This document shows positions 18,253 to 28,336 of a stretch of DNA of 64,000 nucleotides, in pieces. A model generated the notes under the pieces. The model had not been told where the DNA came from. It was given only the letters and a program-made list of their open reading frames with translations, and made no database searches. Source of the stretch: Candidatus Rifleibacteriota bacterium (GTDB lineage: Bacteria; Muiribacteriota; Ozemobacteria; Ozemobacterales; Ozemobacteraceae); the NCBI GenBank assembly GCA_905236675.1, contig CAJOND010000011.1, positions 26,102 through 90,101 on the forward strand, written 5' to 3'. Numbering within the stretch: position 1 is the first letter of the stretch; each line of letters opens with the position of its first letter. The position numbers and the translations under genes are program-made.

Positions 18253-21099
18253 ATGATTAAAATAGAAAAGACTAGAGTACATAACTTAAAAGATTTAAGT
18301 GTAAACATTCCAACAGACAAATTAACAGTAATAACTGGGGTTTCTGGTTCAGGCAAATCGTCTTTGGCTTTTGATACAATTCATGCAGAAGGACAAAGAC
18401 GTTATATGGAATCCCTTTCTTCATACGCAAGACAGTTTCTTATGCAAATGGATAAGCCTGATTGCGATTCTATTGAAGGTTTATCGCCTACAATCGCCAT
18501 ACAGCAAAAGTCTACTAACAGAAATCCACGCTCAACTGTAGGTACGGTTACAGAACTCTACGACTATTTCAGACTTTTATTTGCAGCTATTGGCAAGCCT
18601 CACTGTCCCAAATGTGGGAAACCTGTGGAAAGCTCTAGCCCACAACAAATAGTAGAATCATTATATACTTTTCCAGATAAGACAAAAGTAACTCTTTTTG
18701 CGCCTGTAGTAAGAAGCAGAAAAGGCGAATATACCAAAGTTTTTGACGAACTTCGTAAAGAAGGTCTTTCTCGAGTTAGAGTAGATGGTGATATTTGGTC
18801 TTTGGAAGACGAAATACCAGAATTAGACCGCAATAAAAAGCATAATATCGAAGTTGCTGTTGATCGTGTTAGGATTTCTTACGATAATAAAGAAGCTACG
18901 ATTGCAAGACTTACAGAAGCTGTTGAACTTTGTTTTAAGCTTGCTGACGGTCATTTGCTTTTAAGCATTCAAGATGAAAACAGTGATGAACCTATAGAAA
19001 AGCTCTATAGCGAAAATTTGCGCTGTCCTGAATGTGATATTTCTTTGCCAGAAATAAAGCCAAGATTATTTTCTTTTAATGCTCCTTATGGCTCATGCCC
19101 TGAATGCAGCGGAATTGGCTATAAGCTGGTTGCCGACCCAGACCTGATAGTTCCTGATAAAACTTTGTCTATTAATCAAGGTTGTATTGCTTCTGAAAGC
19201 TTTTTTGATTCAAGCGTTTCTCATCAATGGATGGAAGGTCTGGCAAAAGCCTATAAGTTCTCGTTAGACACGCCATATAAAGACCTTCCTGAACATATAA
19301 AAGATATTATTTTATACGGAAATGGCGATAGAAACATTACAATCAACTATTCTGGAAAAACCATGAAAAATGTCATCATGACTAAACCCTTTGAAGGTGT
19401 TGCAAACACTCTTTCAAGACGTCATGCAGAAACAAAATCAGACGGAACAAGAATCTGGTATGAACGTTTTATGAGAGAATTGCCCTGTAATTCTTGTCAT
19501 GGAAAGCGATTGAACGAAGTTGCTCTTTCTGTCAGAATCAAAGGTGAAAATATATGGGAACTTTCTCAGCATTCCGTTACTGAATTAGTTGATTTTTTCA
19601 ATACCCTTAGTCACGAACTAAGTAAGCGTGATGCTTTTGTTGTTAAAAAGGTAATGGAACAGATAACCAGCCGATTAAGGTTTTTAAATGACGTTGGTCT
19701 TGATTACCTTAATATGTCACGTGCTGCTTATACCCTTTCTGGTGGGGAAGCACAGCGTATTAGGCTGGCAACCCAAGTTGGTTCTGCCTTAGTTGGCGTT
19801 ACTTATGTGTTAGATGAACCAAGTATCGGACTTCATCCTAGAGATAATCGAAAGCTTATTGCTTCTTTAAAGAATCTTAGAGATATTGGAAACACTGTTA
19901 TTGTTGTAGAACATGACAAAGAAATAATGAACGAAGCCGATGAAATCATTGATATAGGACCTGAAGCTGGTTCTAATGGTGGTATGCTTGTTTCACAAGG
20001 AACGCCTAAGCAGGTCATGAAAGACCCAAAATCTATAACAGGTAAGTATTTGAGCGGAAAAGAGTTTATTTCTGTTCCTTCAGAAAGAAGAGAAGGCAAC
20101 GGAAAAGTAATAACTTTAAAAGGATGCAACCATAATAATCTTAAAAACATCGATGTGGACTTCCCGTTAGGCAAATTAATTGTTGTTACTGGTGTTTCTG
20201 GCTCTGGCAAATCAAGTCTTATTACCGATACTCTTTACCCTATTTTGAATAATCACATCAACAATTCAAAACATGAAACCGGATCTTATAAGAAAATTAT
20301 AGGTATAGAAAACATAGATAAAGTAGTAAACATAGATCAAGATCCTATAGGAAGAAGTCCTCGCTCTAATCCTGCAACTTATACTGGTATCTTTACTCCG
20401 ATCAGAGAGCTTTTTGCCCAGACTGTTGAAGCTAAAACCAGAGGCTATACTGCTGGCAGATTTAGTTTTAATGTTAAAGGCGGTCGCTGTGAAGTTTGTG
20501 AAGGTTCTGGTGAACTGGTTGTAGAAATGCACTTTTTGCCAGATGTTTATGTAACCTGTGATCAGTGCAAGGGAACTAGATTTAATGATGAAACGTTAAA
20601 ATGCAAATTTAAAGGACTTAATATAGCAGAAGTTTTGAATATGAGTGTTGATGAGGCTTTGCCTTTTTTTGAACCTTTCTATGCAATAAATAGAAAGCTT
20701 CAAACCTTAAAAGATGTTGGACTTGGTTACATCAAACTGGGGCAGGCAAGTACTACATTTTCTGGTGGTGAAGCTCAAAGAATCAAATTAGCAACAGAAC
20801 TTTCCAAGGTTGCTACTGGTTCAACTTTTTATTTGTTAGACGAACCAACTACTGGTTTGCACTTCAGAGATGTTAAGAAACTTATAGAAGTTTTAAACAG
20901 ACTTGTTGAAAAAGGCAACACCGTTTTAGTTATTGAACATAATCTTGATGTTATCAAAGTTGCTGATTACATAATAGATTTAGGACCAGAAGGTGGAGAC
21001 AATGGTGGTCAGATTATCGCTACCGGCACACCAGAAAAAGTGGCAAAAAATAAGAAATCAGCCACAGGTCTATTTATTGAAAGAGAGCTTAAAGGCTGA
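18253..21099 (+). CDS. uvrA: Excinuclease ABC subunit A
   Basis: Two ABC modules GVSGSGKSS, LSGGEAQR/FSGGEAQR, zinc-finger CxxC pairs, EGQRRYMESLS. Confidence 0.98.
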   Translation: MIKIEKTRVHNLKDLSVNIPTDKLTVITGVSGSGKSSLAFDTIHAEGQRRYMESLSSYARQFLMQMDKPDCDSIEGLSPTIAIQQKSTNRNPRSTVGTVTELYDYFRLLFAAIGKPHCPKCGKPVESSSPQQIVESLYTFPDKTKVTLFAPVVRSRKGEYTKVFDELRKEGLSRVRVDGDIWSLEDEIPELDRNKKHNIEVAVDRVRISYDNKEATIARLTEAVELCFKLADGHLLLSIQDENSDEPIEKLYSENLRCPECDISLPEIKPRLFSFNAPYGSCPECSGIGYKLVADPDLIVPDKTLSINQGCIASESFFDSSVSHQWMEGLAKAYKFSLDTPYKDLPEHIKDIILYGNGDRNITINYSGKTMKNVIMTKPFEGVANTLSRRHAETKSDGTRIWYERFMRELPCNSCHGKRLNEVALSVRIKGENIWELSQHSVTELVDFFNTLSHELSKRDAFVVKKVMEQITSRLRFLNDVGLDYLNMSRAAYTLSGGEAQRIRLATQVGSALVGVTYVLDEPSIGLHPRDNRKLIASLKNLRDIGNTVIVVEHDKEIMNEADEIIDIGPEAGSNGGMLVSQGTPKQVMKDPKSITGKYLSGKEFISVPSERREGNGKVITLKGCNHNNLKNIDVDFPLGKLIVVTGVSGSGKSSLITDTLYPILNNHINNSKHETGSYKKIIGIENIDKVVNIDQDPIGRSPRSNPATYTGIFTPIRELFAQTVEAKTRGYTAGRFSFNVKGGRCEVCEGSGELVVEMHFLPDVYVTCDQCKGTRFNDETLKCKFKGLNIAEVLNMSVDEALPFFEPFYAINRKLQTLKDVGLGYIKLGQASTTFSGGEAQRIKLATELSKVATGSTFYLLDEPTTGLHFRDVKKLIEVLNRLVEKGNTVLVIEHNLDVIKVADYIIDLGPEGGDNGGQIIATGTPEKVAKNKKSATGLFIERELKG

Positions 21100-21231
21100 A
21101 ATATCTAAGTTTTTATTCCAGTTAAATTTCATGTATTTTCCCTTATTATTATTTACAAATGCCTTGATAAGATTTTAAGCTTATATTAAAATATATCATC
21201 AAAATTTTTAATTATAGAGAAGTGATTTACA

Positions 21232-22419
21232 ATGAATTCAAAACTAAATTCACAAATAGCTCCCTGGCCTTTTTTTGCTGAAGATGAAAAACAGGCAGCT
21301 TTCGATGTTTTGACTAGTGGTAAAGTTAATTACTGGACAGGTAATATCTGTCGTGATTTTGAAAAAGAATTCGCAGCCTATACTGGTAGAAAATATGGTA
21401 TAGCCTTAGCTAATGGAAGTTTAGCTTTGGAATTGGCACTTATCGCATTTGATATAGGTCCTGGCGATGAAGTAATAGTAACTTGTCGCAGTTTTATGGC
21501 TTCTGCAAGCTGCATAATAATGAGAGGTGCAACTCCTGTCTTTGCAGACATAGATTTAGATTCTCAAGATATTTTACCAGAATCCATAGAAAATAAAATT
21601 ACTCCCAGAACTAAAGCTATTATTTGTGTCCATCTGGCAGGTTGGCCCTGTGATATGGATAAAATAAATGCTATTGCTAAAAAACATAATCTTAAAGTTA
21701 TAGAAGACTGTGCTCAGGCTCATGGTGCCAGGTATAACGGCAAACCTGTCGGTTCATTAGGTGATGTGGCAGCATTTAGCTTCTGTCAAGACAAAATAAT
21801 GACCTGTGGCGGAGAAGGCGGAATGTTTGTTTGTGACGATGAAAATATTTACAAAAAATGTTGGTCATATACAGAACATGGAAAAAGCTTAGATGCCCTT
21901 GCCAGAACAGATCACCCTGTCGGTTTCCATTGGCTTATAGAAAGCTTTGGAACCAACTGGCGTATGACAGAAATGCAGGCAGCTATAGGCCATTGCCAAC
22001 TTCAAAAACTCGATAAATGGGTTGAAGCCCGTCGCTCTAACGCAAATAAACTAACAAAAGGTCTAAAAGATATAAAATCTATTAGAATTCCAGAACCATC
22101 AGATAATATTTATCATTCTTATTACAAATACTACATAATGGTTATTCCTGAAATGCTTAAAGAAGGCTATGACCGCAATAAAATACTCACTGATATTTGT
22201 TCTACTGGTTTATCCTGTGGTGTTGGAGCTTGCGGTGAATTATATCAGGAAAAGGCCTTTAAAAAATATTTTAAAACCAACAATCCTGAAAGATTTACAA
22301 ACGCAGTAAAAGTAGCTGACACAACATTAATGTTTCAAGTTCACCCCACATTAACAGAACAAAATATTAATGATGCCATACAGATAACCAAAGAAATTCT
22401 GACACAAGCAACAAAATAA
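21232..22419 (+). CDS. DegT/DnrJ/EryC1/StrS PLP-dependent sugar aminotransferase (PglC-like)
   Basis: SGKVNYWTG, EDCAQAHGA, SFCQDK PLP lysine, GEGGM, GTNWRMTE. Confidence 0.9.
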   Translation: MNSKLNSQIAPWPFFAEDEKQAAFDVLTSGKVNYWTGNICRDFEKEFAAYTGRKYGIALANGSLALELALIAFDIGPGDEVIVTCRSFMASASCIIMRGATPVFADIDLDSQDILPESIENKITPRTKAIICVHLAGWPCDMDKINAIAKKHNLKVIEDCAQAHGARYNGKPVGSLGDVAAFSFCQDKIMTCGGEGGMFVCDDENIYKKCWSYTEHGKSLDALARTDHPVGFHWLIESFGTNWRMTEMQAAIGHCQLQKLDKWVEARRSNANKLTKGLKDIKSIRIPEPSDNIYHSYYKYYIMVIPEMLKEGYDRNKILTDICSTGLSCGVGACGELYQEKAFKKYFKTNNPERFTNAVKVADTTLMFQVHPTLTEQNINDAIQITKEILTQATK

Positions 22420-22434
22420 ATAATAAAAGAATCT

Positions 22435-22460
22435 AAAAGCTCCCCTTTGGGAGCTTTTTT
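22435..22460 (+). terminator. Intrinsic terminator
   Basis: aaaagctccc-cttt-gggagctttttt. Confidence 0.85.
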
Positions 22461-22769
22461 ATTTTAGAACTATTATTTGATTCTAAATAGCTATTCATCA
22501 TTTCTAATTCTATGCTAACCACACTACTGATTCTTTACAGCGATAATCCTATTAAAAACGGGACAACATCTTTTCCGGTTTTCCATTAGAGAAGAATAAA
22601 AGAAATCCTCACTTAATCAATACTACATGCTACTTTGTAATATCAAATACTTTTGATTAAAATTTTATAATAAATTTACTTAAATAATACTAGTAAAATG
22701 ATTTAATGCCATATATAATGTATTAGTACAGTTTACATTATACAGTTTTACAAGGGAAAAGGAGTAGAG

Positions 22770-23624
22770 ATGTTAAAAAAACTCACCCAGTTTTATCATC
22801 CAACAACTATTGAAGAAGCCTGCAAGCTGTTAGCTAAACCTAAAACAGCTGTTATTGCCGGCGGTACTGCTGAAGCATTAAGAAAAGACGACAGCGTAGA
22901 AGCTCTTGTTGATATTACCCATATTAAAGAGCTTAGCCACCTAGAACAAGATGCTTCCACTATAAAAATTGGTGCTACAACTACTATTCAAGAAATCTAT
23001 AAATCAGATAAGCTTAAAGGTTTGAGTGGTAATTTCTTGAAGCAAGTGGCTGGAACTGTTGCTGCAACCGCATTGCGTAACACAATTACTGCCGGAGGAA
23101 ACCTTGCTGCTCAGCTTTGGTGGTCTGATTTACCAGTCGCTTATTTGATTCTTGACGCAGAAGTTGTTTGTCGTTTAGGTAAACCAAAACGCACTGTATC
23201 TGTTGTTCAAATAATCAACGATACTCCAGCCAAATTTTTGAAAAAAGGCGAAATTATTTCTGAAATTCAAGTTCCTTGTTTTGGTGACAATACTGGCTGT
23301 GATTTCAGAAAACAAATTAAAACCCATCATGATTATCCTACTATTACAGCAGCTTCTAGAATCACCCTCAAAAACGGTATGATTTCTGAAGCTAGAATAG
23401 CTTGTAATGCAGTAACACCTTTCCCATTCAGATGTCAGGAAGCCGAAAAATTCCTAGTAGGCAAAAAACCGAGTGCTGAAAATATTGAAAAAGCTGCAGA
23501 AAAAGCTGCTAACTCTTTCAAATATCGTGAAGATTTCAGAGCAAGCAAGGAATACCGCCAAGAAGTATTCCAAGTTATGGTTCGCAGAAGTCTAGAAGCC
23601 TCTATTGAAGCGGCTAAGAAATGA
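22770..23624 (+). CDS. Xanthine dehydrogenase family FAD-binding subunit (CoxM/YgfM-like)
   Basis: IAGGT, IGATTT, RN..T.GGNL, DFRAS.EYR. Confidence 0.9.
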   Translation: MLKKLTQFYHPTTIEEACKLLAKPKTAVIAGGTAEALRKDDSVEALVDITHIKELSHLEQDASTIKIGATTTIQEIYKSDKLKGLSGNFLKQVAGTVAATALRNTITAGGNLAAQLWWSDLPVAYLILDAEVVCRLGKPKRTVSVVQIINDTPAKFLKKGEIISEIQVPCFGDNTGCDFRKQIKTHHDYPTITAASRITLKNGMISEARIACNAVTPFPFRCQEAEKFLVGKKPSAENIEKAAEKAANSFKYREDFRASKEYRQEVFQVMVRRSLEASIEAAKK

Positions 23625-23635
23625 GGAGGCAGAAA

Positions 23636-24127
23636 ATGCAAGTAAATTGTAAAGTTAATGGTAAAGCCTGTTGTTTTGAAATAGAACCCAATGAAATGCT
23701 AGCTGATGTTCTTCGTAGAGAAGGGTATAGAGGCGTTAAAATAGGTTGTAGAGAAGGAAGCTGTGGTGCTTGCTCTGTTATGTTTAATGGAAAGCCTCGC
23801 AATTCTTGTATTACACTTGCTGCTATGGCAGAAGGTGCAGATATTATGACTGTAGAAGGTCTTGGAACTCCAGACAAGCCACATCTTTTACAGAGCTGCT
23901 ATGTAAAACATGGTGCCGCTCAATGTGGTTTCTGTAATCCTGGTTCTTTGATTTCTGCAAAATATCTTCTTGATCATAATCCTGATCCAACAGAAGATGA
24001 AGTTAAAGAAGCTTTAGACGGTAACCTCTGCCGCTGCACTGGTTATATTAAGCGTATTGAAGCAATTCTAGATGCTGCAAAGCAAATGAAAAAAGTTGCA
24101 AAAACTTCAGGGGGTAAAAAGAAATGA
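23636..24127 (+). CDS. Xanthine dehydrogenase family [2Fe-2S] subunit (CoxS-like)
   Basis: GCREGSCGAC...SC and QCGFC...CRCTGY; GGAGG RBS before ATG 23636. Confidence 0.93.
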   Translation: MQVNCKVNGKACCFEIEPNEMLADVLRREGYRGVKIGCREGSCGACSVMFNGKPRNSCITLAAMAEGADIMTVEGLGTPDKPHLLQSCYVKHGAAQCGFCNPGSLISAKYLLDHNPDPTEDEVKEALDGNLCRCTGYIKRIEAILDAAKQMKKVAKTSGGKKK

Positions 24128-26787
24128 TGTACAAAGATTCTAAATCCACTAAGAATACCGATCCGGCTAAAACTGATACTAAACCAGCAAAAGAAACAAA
24201 AACTACTAAAACAGCAGTAAAAGCTACAAAAACAACAGCTAAAAAATCTTGTAAAAAACCTACAGCCGCTGAATTGAAAGCCGCTCAAGAAGCAAAAGAA
24301 GCAGCAACCTTCAAGGTTCACTCTGCTCCTGAAAAAAATGTAGTTGAAGATGCACCTCTTTTCTTTGAAAAGAAGATTCCTCAAAAAGATACTCTTCAAG
24401 TTGGCTATCCTCTTGAAAAAGTTGACGCAATGGGTCTTGTTACTGGCACTCAAAAATATGTCGAAGATATAGATATGCCTCAAGGTTTGCTTCACATAAA
24501 GGTTCTTGGCAGCCCACACGCTCATGCAATCATTAAAAAGATTGACGTTGAAGAAGCCAAGAAAATGCCAGGTGTTGTAGCTGTATATACCTACAAAGAC
24601 CTTCCTCGAGTAATGAGAACTACTGCTGGTCAGGGTTTCCCAGAACCATCACCTTATGACACTCCGACTCTTGACCAAAAGGTTCGCTACGTTGGTGACC
24701 GTGTAGCTGTAGTTGCTGCTGAAACAGAAGAACAGGCTGAAGAAGCTTGCCGCAATATTGCTAGACACGTTGAATTTAAAGTTCTTGACCCTGTTTTAGA
24801 TACAGAAGAAGCAATGACTTCAAAGAGCATTATTCACGATGAAAAAGATGCTTATGCTCCAATTCCTATATTCTATGATCCAAAACACAATCACTGCTCT
24901 CACGTAGAAACCTCTTGTGGTGAAGGCAAGAATGGTGTTGCCGATATGGAAAAAGGTTATAAAGATGCTGACGTAGTGTTAGAACGTAAGTATTATCCTC
25001 ATTATGCTCAGCACTGCCCGATGGAACCACATGTTTGTATGTCTTGGCTAGACGAAAACAATCGTCTTGTTTTCAGATCTTCAACTCAGGTTCCCTGGCA
25101 CGCTCGCAGAATTATGGCACAGACTCTTCAGATTCCTTTGAAGAGAATACGTGTTATAAAACCTCGTGTTGGTGGTGCTTTCGGTACTAAACAGGAAGTT
25201 CTTCTTGAAGACGTTTGCGGTTTTGTAACCCTCAGAACTCGCAGACCATGTATTTATAGAATGACTCGTGAAGAAGAATTCATGGAATCAAGAACTAGAC
25301 ACCCAATGGTTGTAAAAATCAAAATGGGTGCCAAGAAAGACGGTACAATCACAGCCCTTTCCATGAGAATTATCAGTAATACTGGTGCTTATGGTTCTCA
25401 TGCTCTTACAGTTCTAAGTAACTGTGGTTCTAAGGTTCTTCCATTGTATCATGCCAACAACATAGAATTCATCGGTGATACAGTTTATACTAACCTGCCA
25501 GTAGGTGGTGCTTATCGTGGTTATGGTGCTACTCAGGCAGCTTTTGGTACTGAATCTATGATGGATGAAATGGCTGAAGCTATTGGTATGGATCCAATTA
25601 AATTCAGACAATTGAATCATATTAAGCCAGGCGAATCTTCTCCAATAATCAAGGCTCTTGGTGAAGGACGTGAAGGCGTAGAAATGATTATCACATCAGT
25701 CGGTTTGCCGGAATGTATTGAAAAAGGCAAAAAGATTATTGATTGGGATAAAAAGACCAAAGCTTATAAGAAACAAAATGCTACAAACCCAACAAAGAAA
25801 CGTGGTTTGGGTATGTGCTGCTTGATGCAGGGTAGTTCTATTCCTGAAGTAGATATGGGTTCAGTTCTCATTAAGATGAATGAAGACGGCTCTTTCAATA
25901 TGAATCTTGGTGCTACTGACCTTGGAACTGGTTCAGATACAGTTATGGCACAGATTGCAGCAGAAACAATCGGCTGCAAACACAGCGATATAATTGTTTA
26001 CAGTTCTGATACAGATATGACCATGTTTGACGTTGGTGCTTATGCTTCATCTACTACTTATTTGACTGGTGGTGCTACTATTAATGCTGCTAAGAAAGTC
26101 AGAGACCAGATTGTTTCTGTTGCCGCTTTGATAATGGGCGAAGATGTTGCTAATGTAACAATCAAAGACTCTGTTTGCTATGGCAAGAAGACTAAAAAGA
26201 AAGTTACATTCTCAGAAGTTGCTAATACAGCTCTCTATGGCGGAGAAAACGTCAAGAAGATGTTTCAGGTCGGTGCTATAGGCAGTCATATTTCTCATGC
26301 TTCACCGCCTCCATTTGCAGCTCACTTTGCAGAAGTAGAAATAGACACTGAAACTGGTGATATAAATCTTCTTCATTATGTTGCAGGTTGTGACTGCGGT
26401 ACTGCTATCAACCCACAATTAGCTCTTGGTCAGGTTCAGGGTGCAGCAATGAACGCAATCAGCTTTGCTCTTACCGAAGAATATATGTTCGATAAGAAAG
26501 GCAGAATGCAGAATCCAACATTTGCTAACTACAAAATTTGGACAGCAAGAGACATTAAGAAACTAGACTGTTTCTTAGCTGAAAGCTATGAAGAAACAGG
26601 TCCTTACGGTGCTAAGAGCGTCAGCGAAATCAATATCAATGGTGGTCTACCAGCAATTGGTAATGCAATCTATAATGCTATAGGCGTAAGATTGACTAGA
26701 CCTCCTTATACTCCAGAAAAGATTCTTGCTGCTTTAAAAGCTAAAAAAGCAGAAGAAGCTAAAGCTACAAAAAAAACTAAGAAGTAA
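24124..26787 (+). CDS. Xanthine dehydrogenase family molybdopterin-binding subunit (XdhD/YgfN-like)
   Basis: SPHAHA, GGAFGTKQE, AYRGYG..Q, DLGTGSDT, GAYASS, GPYGAKSVSE. Confidence 0.92.
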   Translation: MMYKDSKSTKNTDPAKTDTKPAKETKTTKTAVKATKTTAKKSCKKPTAAELKAAQEAKEAATFKVHSAPEKNVVEDAPLFFEKKIPQKDTLQVGYPLEKVDAMGLVTGTQKYVEDIDMPQGLLHIKVLGSPHAHAIIKKIDVEEAKKMPGVVAVYTYKDLPRVMRTTAGQGFPEPSPYDTPTLDQKVRYVGDRVAVVAAETEEQAEEACRNIARHVEFKVLDPVLDTEEAMTSKSIIHDEKDAYAPIPIFYDPKHNHCSHVETSCGEGKNGVADMEKGYKDADVVLERKYYPHYAQHCPMEPHVCMSWLDENNRLVFRSSTQVPWHARRIMAQTLQIPLKRIRVIKPRVGGAFGTKQEVLLEDVCGFVTLRTRRPCIYRMTREEEFMESRTRHPMVVKIKMGAKKDGTITALSMRIISNTGAYGSHALTVLSNCGSKVLPLYHANNIEFIGDTVYTNLPVGGAYRGYGATQAAFGTESMMDEMAEAIGMDPIKFRQLNHIKPGESSPIIKALGEGREGVEMIITSVGLPECIEKGKKIIDWDKKTKAYKKQNATNPTKKRGLGMCCLMQGSSIPEVDMGSVLIKMNEDGSFNMNLGATDLGTGSDTVMAQIAAETIGCKHSDIIVYSSDTDMTMFDVGAYASSTTYLTGGATINAAKKVRDQIVSVAALIMGEDVANVTIKDSVCYGKKTKKKVTFSEVANTALYGGENVKKMFQVGAIGSHISHASPPPFAAHFAEVEIDTETGDINLLHYVAGCDCGTAINPQLALGQVQGAAMNAISFALTEEYMFDKKGRMQNPTFANYKIWTARDIKKLDCFLAESYEETGPYGAKSVSEININGGLPAIGNAIYNAIGVRLTRPPYTPEKILAALKAKKAEEAKATKKTKK

Positions 26788-26802
26788 GAACATATAAAAA
26801 AT

Positions 26803-26832
26803 AGGGCTGTTTAATTACAGCCCTCTTTTTTT
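26803..26832 (+). terminator. Intrinsic terminator
   Basis: agggctgt-ttaatt-acagccct-cttttttt. Confidence 0.85.
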
Positions 26833-26909
26833 GTAATTATTGTTTTTGGTAGTTGTTGTAGTTATAGTTATTTTTTATATATTTAATAGAAATTTGTAAA
26901 AAAAGAGAG

Positions 26910-28235
26910 ATGAAAATGAATAATTCAAGAAAAATTGCGACAATAACCTTAATGTCATTGACCTTATTATCTAATACTCCTCCTGTTCTTGACGCTAAAA
27001 TCATGTCAGGAAGCATTTCTGAGAAAAAACAAAATGCAAAAGTTGCAAAAATGCTTACTTCGGCAAGAAAATCTGCTTCTAAAGGGAAAAATCAAGATGC
27101 TATTAATACCTATTGGAAAATATTAGAACTAGATTCTCAAGAACCCTATGCTCATTTGGAACTTGGTGAGATTTATAAAAAACTAAGAATATATGACAGA
27201 TCTATAGAAATGTTAACTTCAGGATTAGAACTTGGAGAAAAAGAATTAGATAATAACGAACTTTGTAATTATTATTGTATTCTTACAGAAGCTTATATAG
27301 CTACACATCAACAGGGACTGGCAAATAAAAGTCTGATAAAAGCAGCAGAAATCTCTCCTAGAAATCCTATGCCTAGAAAAATACTTGGCGATATTTATTT
27401 AAAGAACAACAGAGTAGCTAATGCAGCTAAAGCCTATAAAAAAGCTCTTGAACTTGATCCATATTTTGATCCTGCGACAAAAGCATTAAATGAATTAAAA
27501 TTGGAATATGGTGATAAACTCCCAAAAGAAGACAAAGATAAAGACTATATAAAAAAAGTTGCTGTTAAGTTAGCCGACCCAAATAAAGATAATAATAAAA
27601 CAAAACCTTCAGAAGAAACAAAACCACAAGATTCAGAATCAAACAAAATTTCTACAACAGCTGATTCTAGTATCAAAGAATCAAATTCAACAGATATTGA
27701 ATCACAAACCAATACCTCATCAGAAGAAGTTGATATAAATGATACGAATGAAAACATTGATGAAACAGAAAAAATCGTAAATGATAATAGACCTATTCCT
27801 GTTGATGCTAAAGAGCTTGCTAAAATGGCAAAAGAAAAAGAAAAGAAAAGAAAGAAACAGGATGCCAACAAGCCTAAGACAGCTGAAGAAATCGAAAAAG
27901 CAATGGCAGAAAAAGAAGCTCTTATGAATTCTTCACAAGAAGAAAAAAGCAAAAATGAAGAGCAAAATCAGCATTACCTAGATATGTTTCTGGCTGGTAA
28001 TCCAACAGAAAAAGAAGAAGCTCTTAATTACTTTATTAACCAGGGAAAACCAGGTTTGGAACAGATTGAAGAGCTTATTTACGATTCAGATCCAAATGTT
28101 AGAATAATGGCGATTAGAGCACTTCCTTTATTTGATGATTACAAAGAAGAAGTAAAAATTATACTTGACGAAGCTTCTGAAGATTCTACTCCAGAAATTG
28201 TTGAAGAAATAAATAAAGCTTTAAGTCTGCTATAA
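26910..28235 (+). CDS. Exported TPR-repeat protein with acidic linker and C-terminal HEAT-like repeats
   Basis: Signal-peptide-like N-terminus, TPR motifs (LGEIY, LGDIY..A..AY..AL.LDP), D.DPNVR..A..AL. Confidence 0.75.
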   Translation: MKMNNSRKIATITLMSLTLLSNTPPVLDAKIMSGSISEKKQNAKVAKMLTSARKSASKGKNQDAINTYWKILELDSQEPYAHLELGEIYKKLRIYDRSIEMLTSGLELGEKELDNNELCNYYCILTEAYIATHQQGLANKSLIKAAEISPRNPMPRKILGDIYLKNNRVANAAKAYKKALELDPYFDPATKALNELKLEYGDKLPKEDKDKDYIKKVAVKLADPNKDNNKTKPSEETKPQDSESNKISTTADSSIKESNSTDIESQTNTSSEEVDINDTNENIDETEKIVNDNRPIPVDAKELAKMAKEKEKKRKKQDANKPKTAEEIEKAMAEKEALMNSSQEEKSKNEEQNQHYLDMFLAGNPTEKEEALNYFINQGKPGLEQIEELIYDSDPNVRIMAIRALPLFDDYKEEVKIILDEASEDSTPEIVEEINKALSLL

Positions 28236-28291
28236 CTTCTGTTGTAACTTTTATACTCTTTTATTAATAAGAAAAAAAAGAAAAATAGGAT

Positions 28292-28326
28292 AAAAAAAAG
28301 CCCAGTCTCACGACTGGGCTTTTTTA
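28292..28326. terminator. Bidirectional intrinsic terminator
   Basis: aaaaaaaagcccagtc-tcac-gactgggctttttt between convergent genes. Confidence 0.9.
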
Positions 28327-28336
28327 TCAGAAGATA

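Noticed and set aside
22461-22769. Purine or Moco riboswitch upstream of the xanthine dehydrogenase-like operon
   Set aside because: AT-rich region with no recognisable conserved aptamer motifs; only a weak palindrome (atcaaatacttttgat).
22770-26787. Selenocysteine or stop-codon recoding in the molybdoenzyme genes
   Set aside because: All three ORFs are full-length with no in-frame TGA requiring readthrough.
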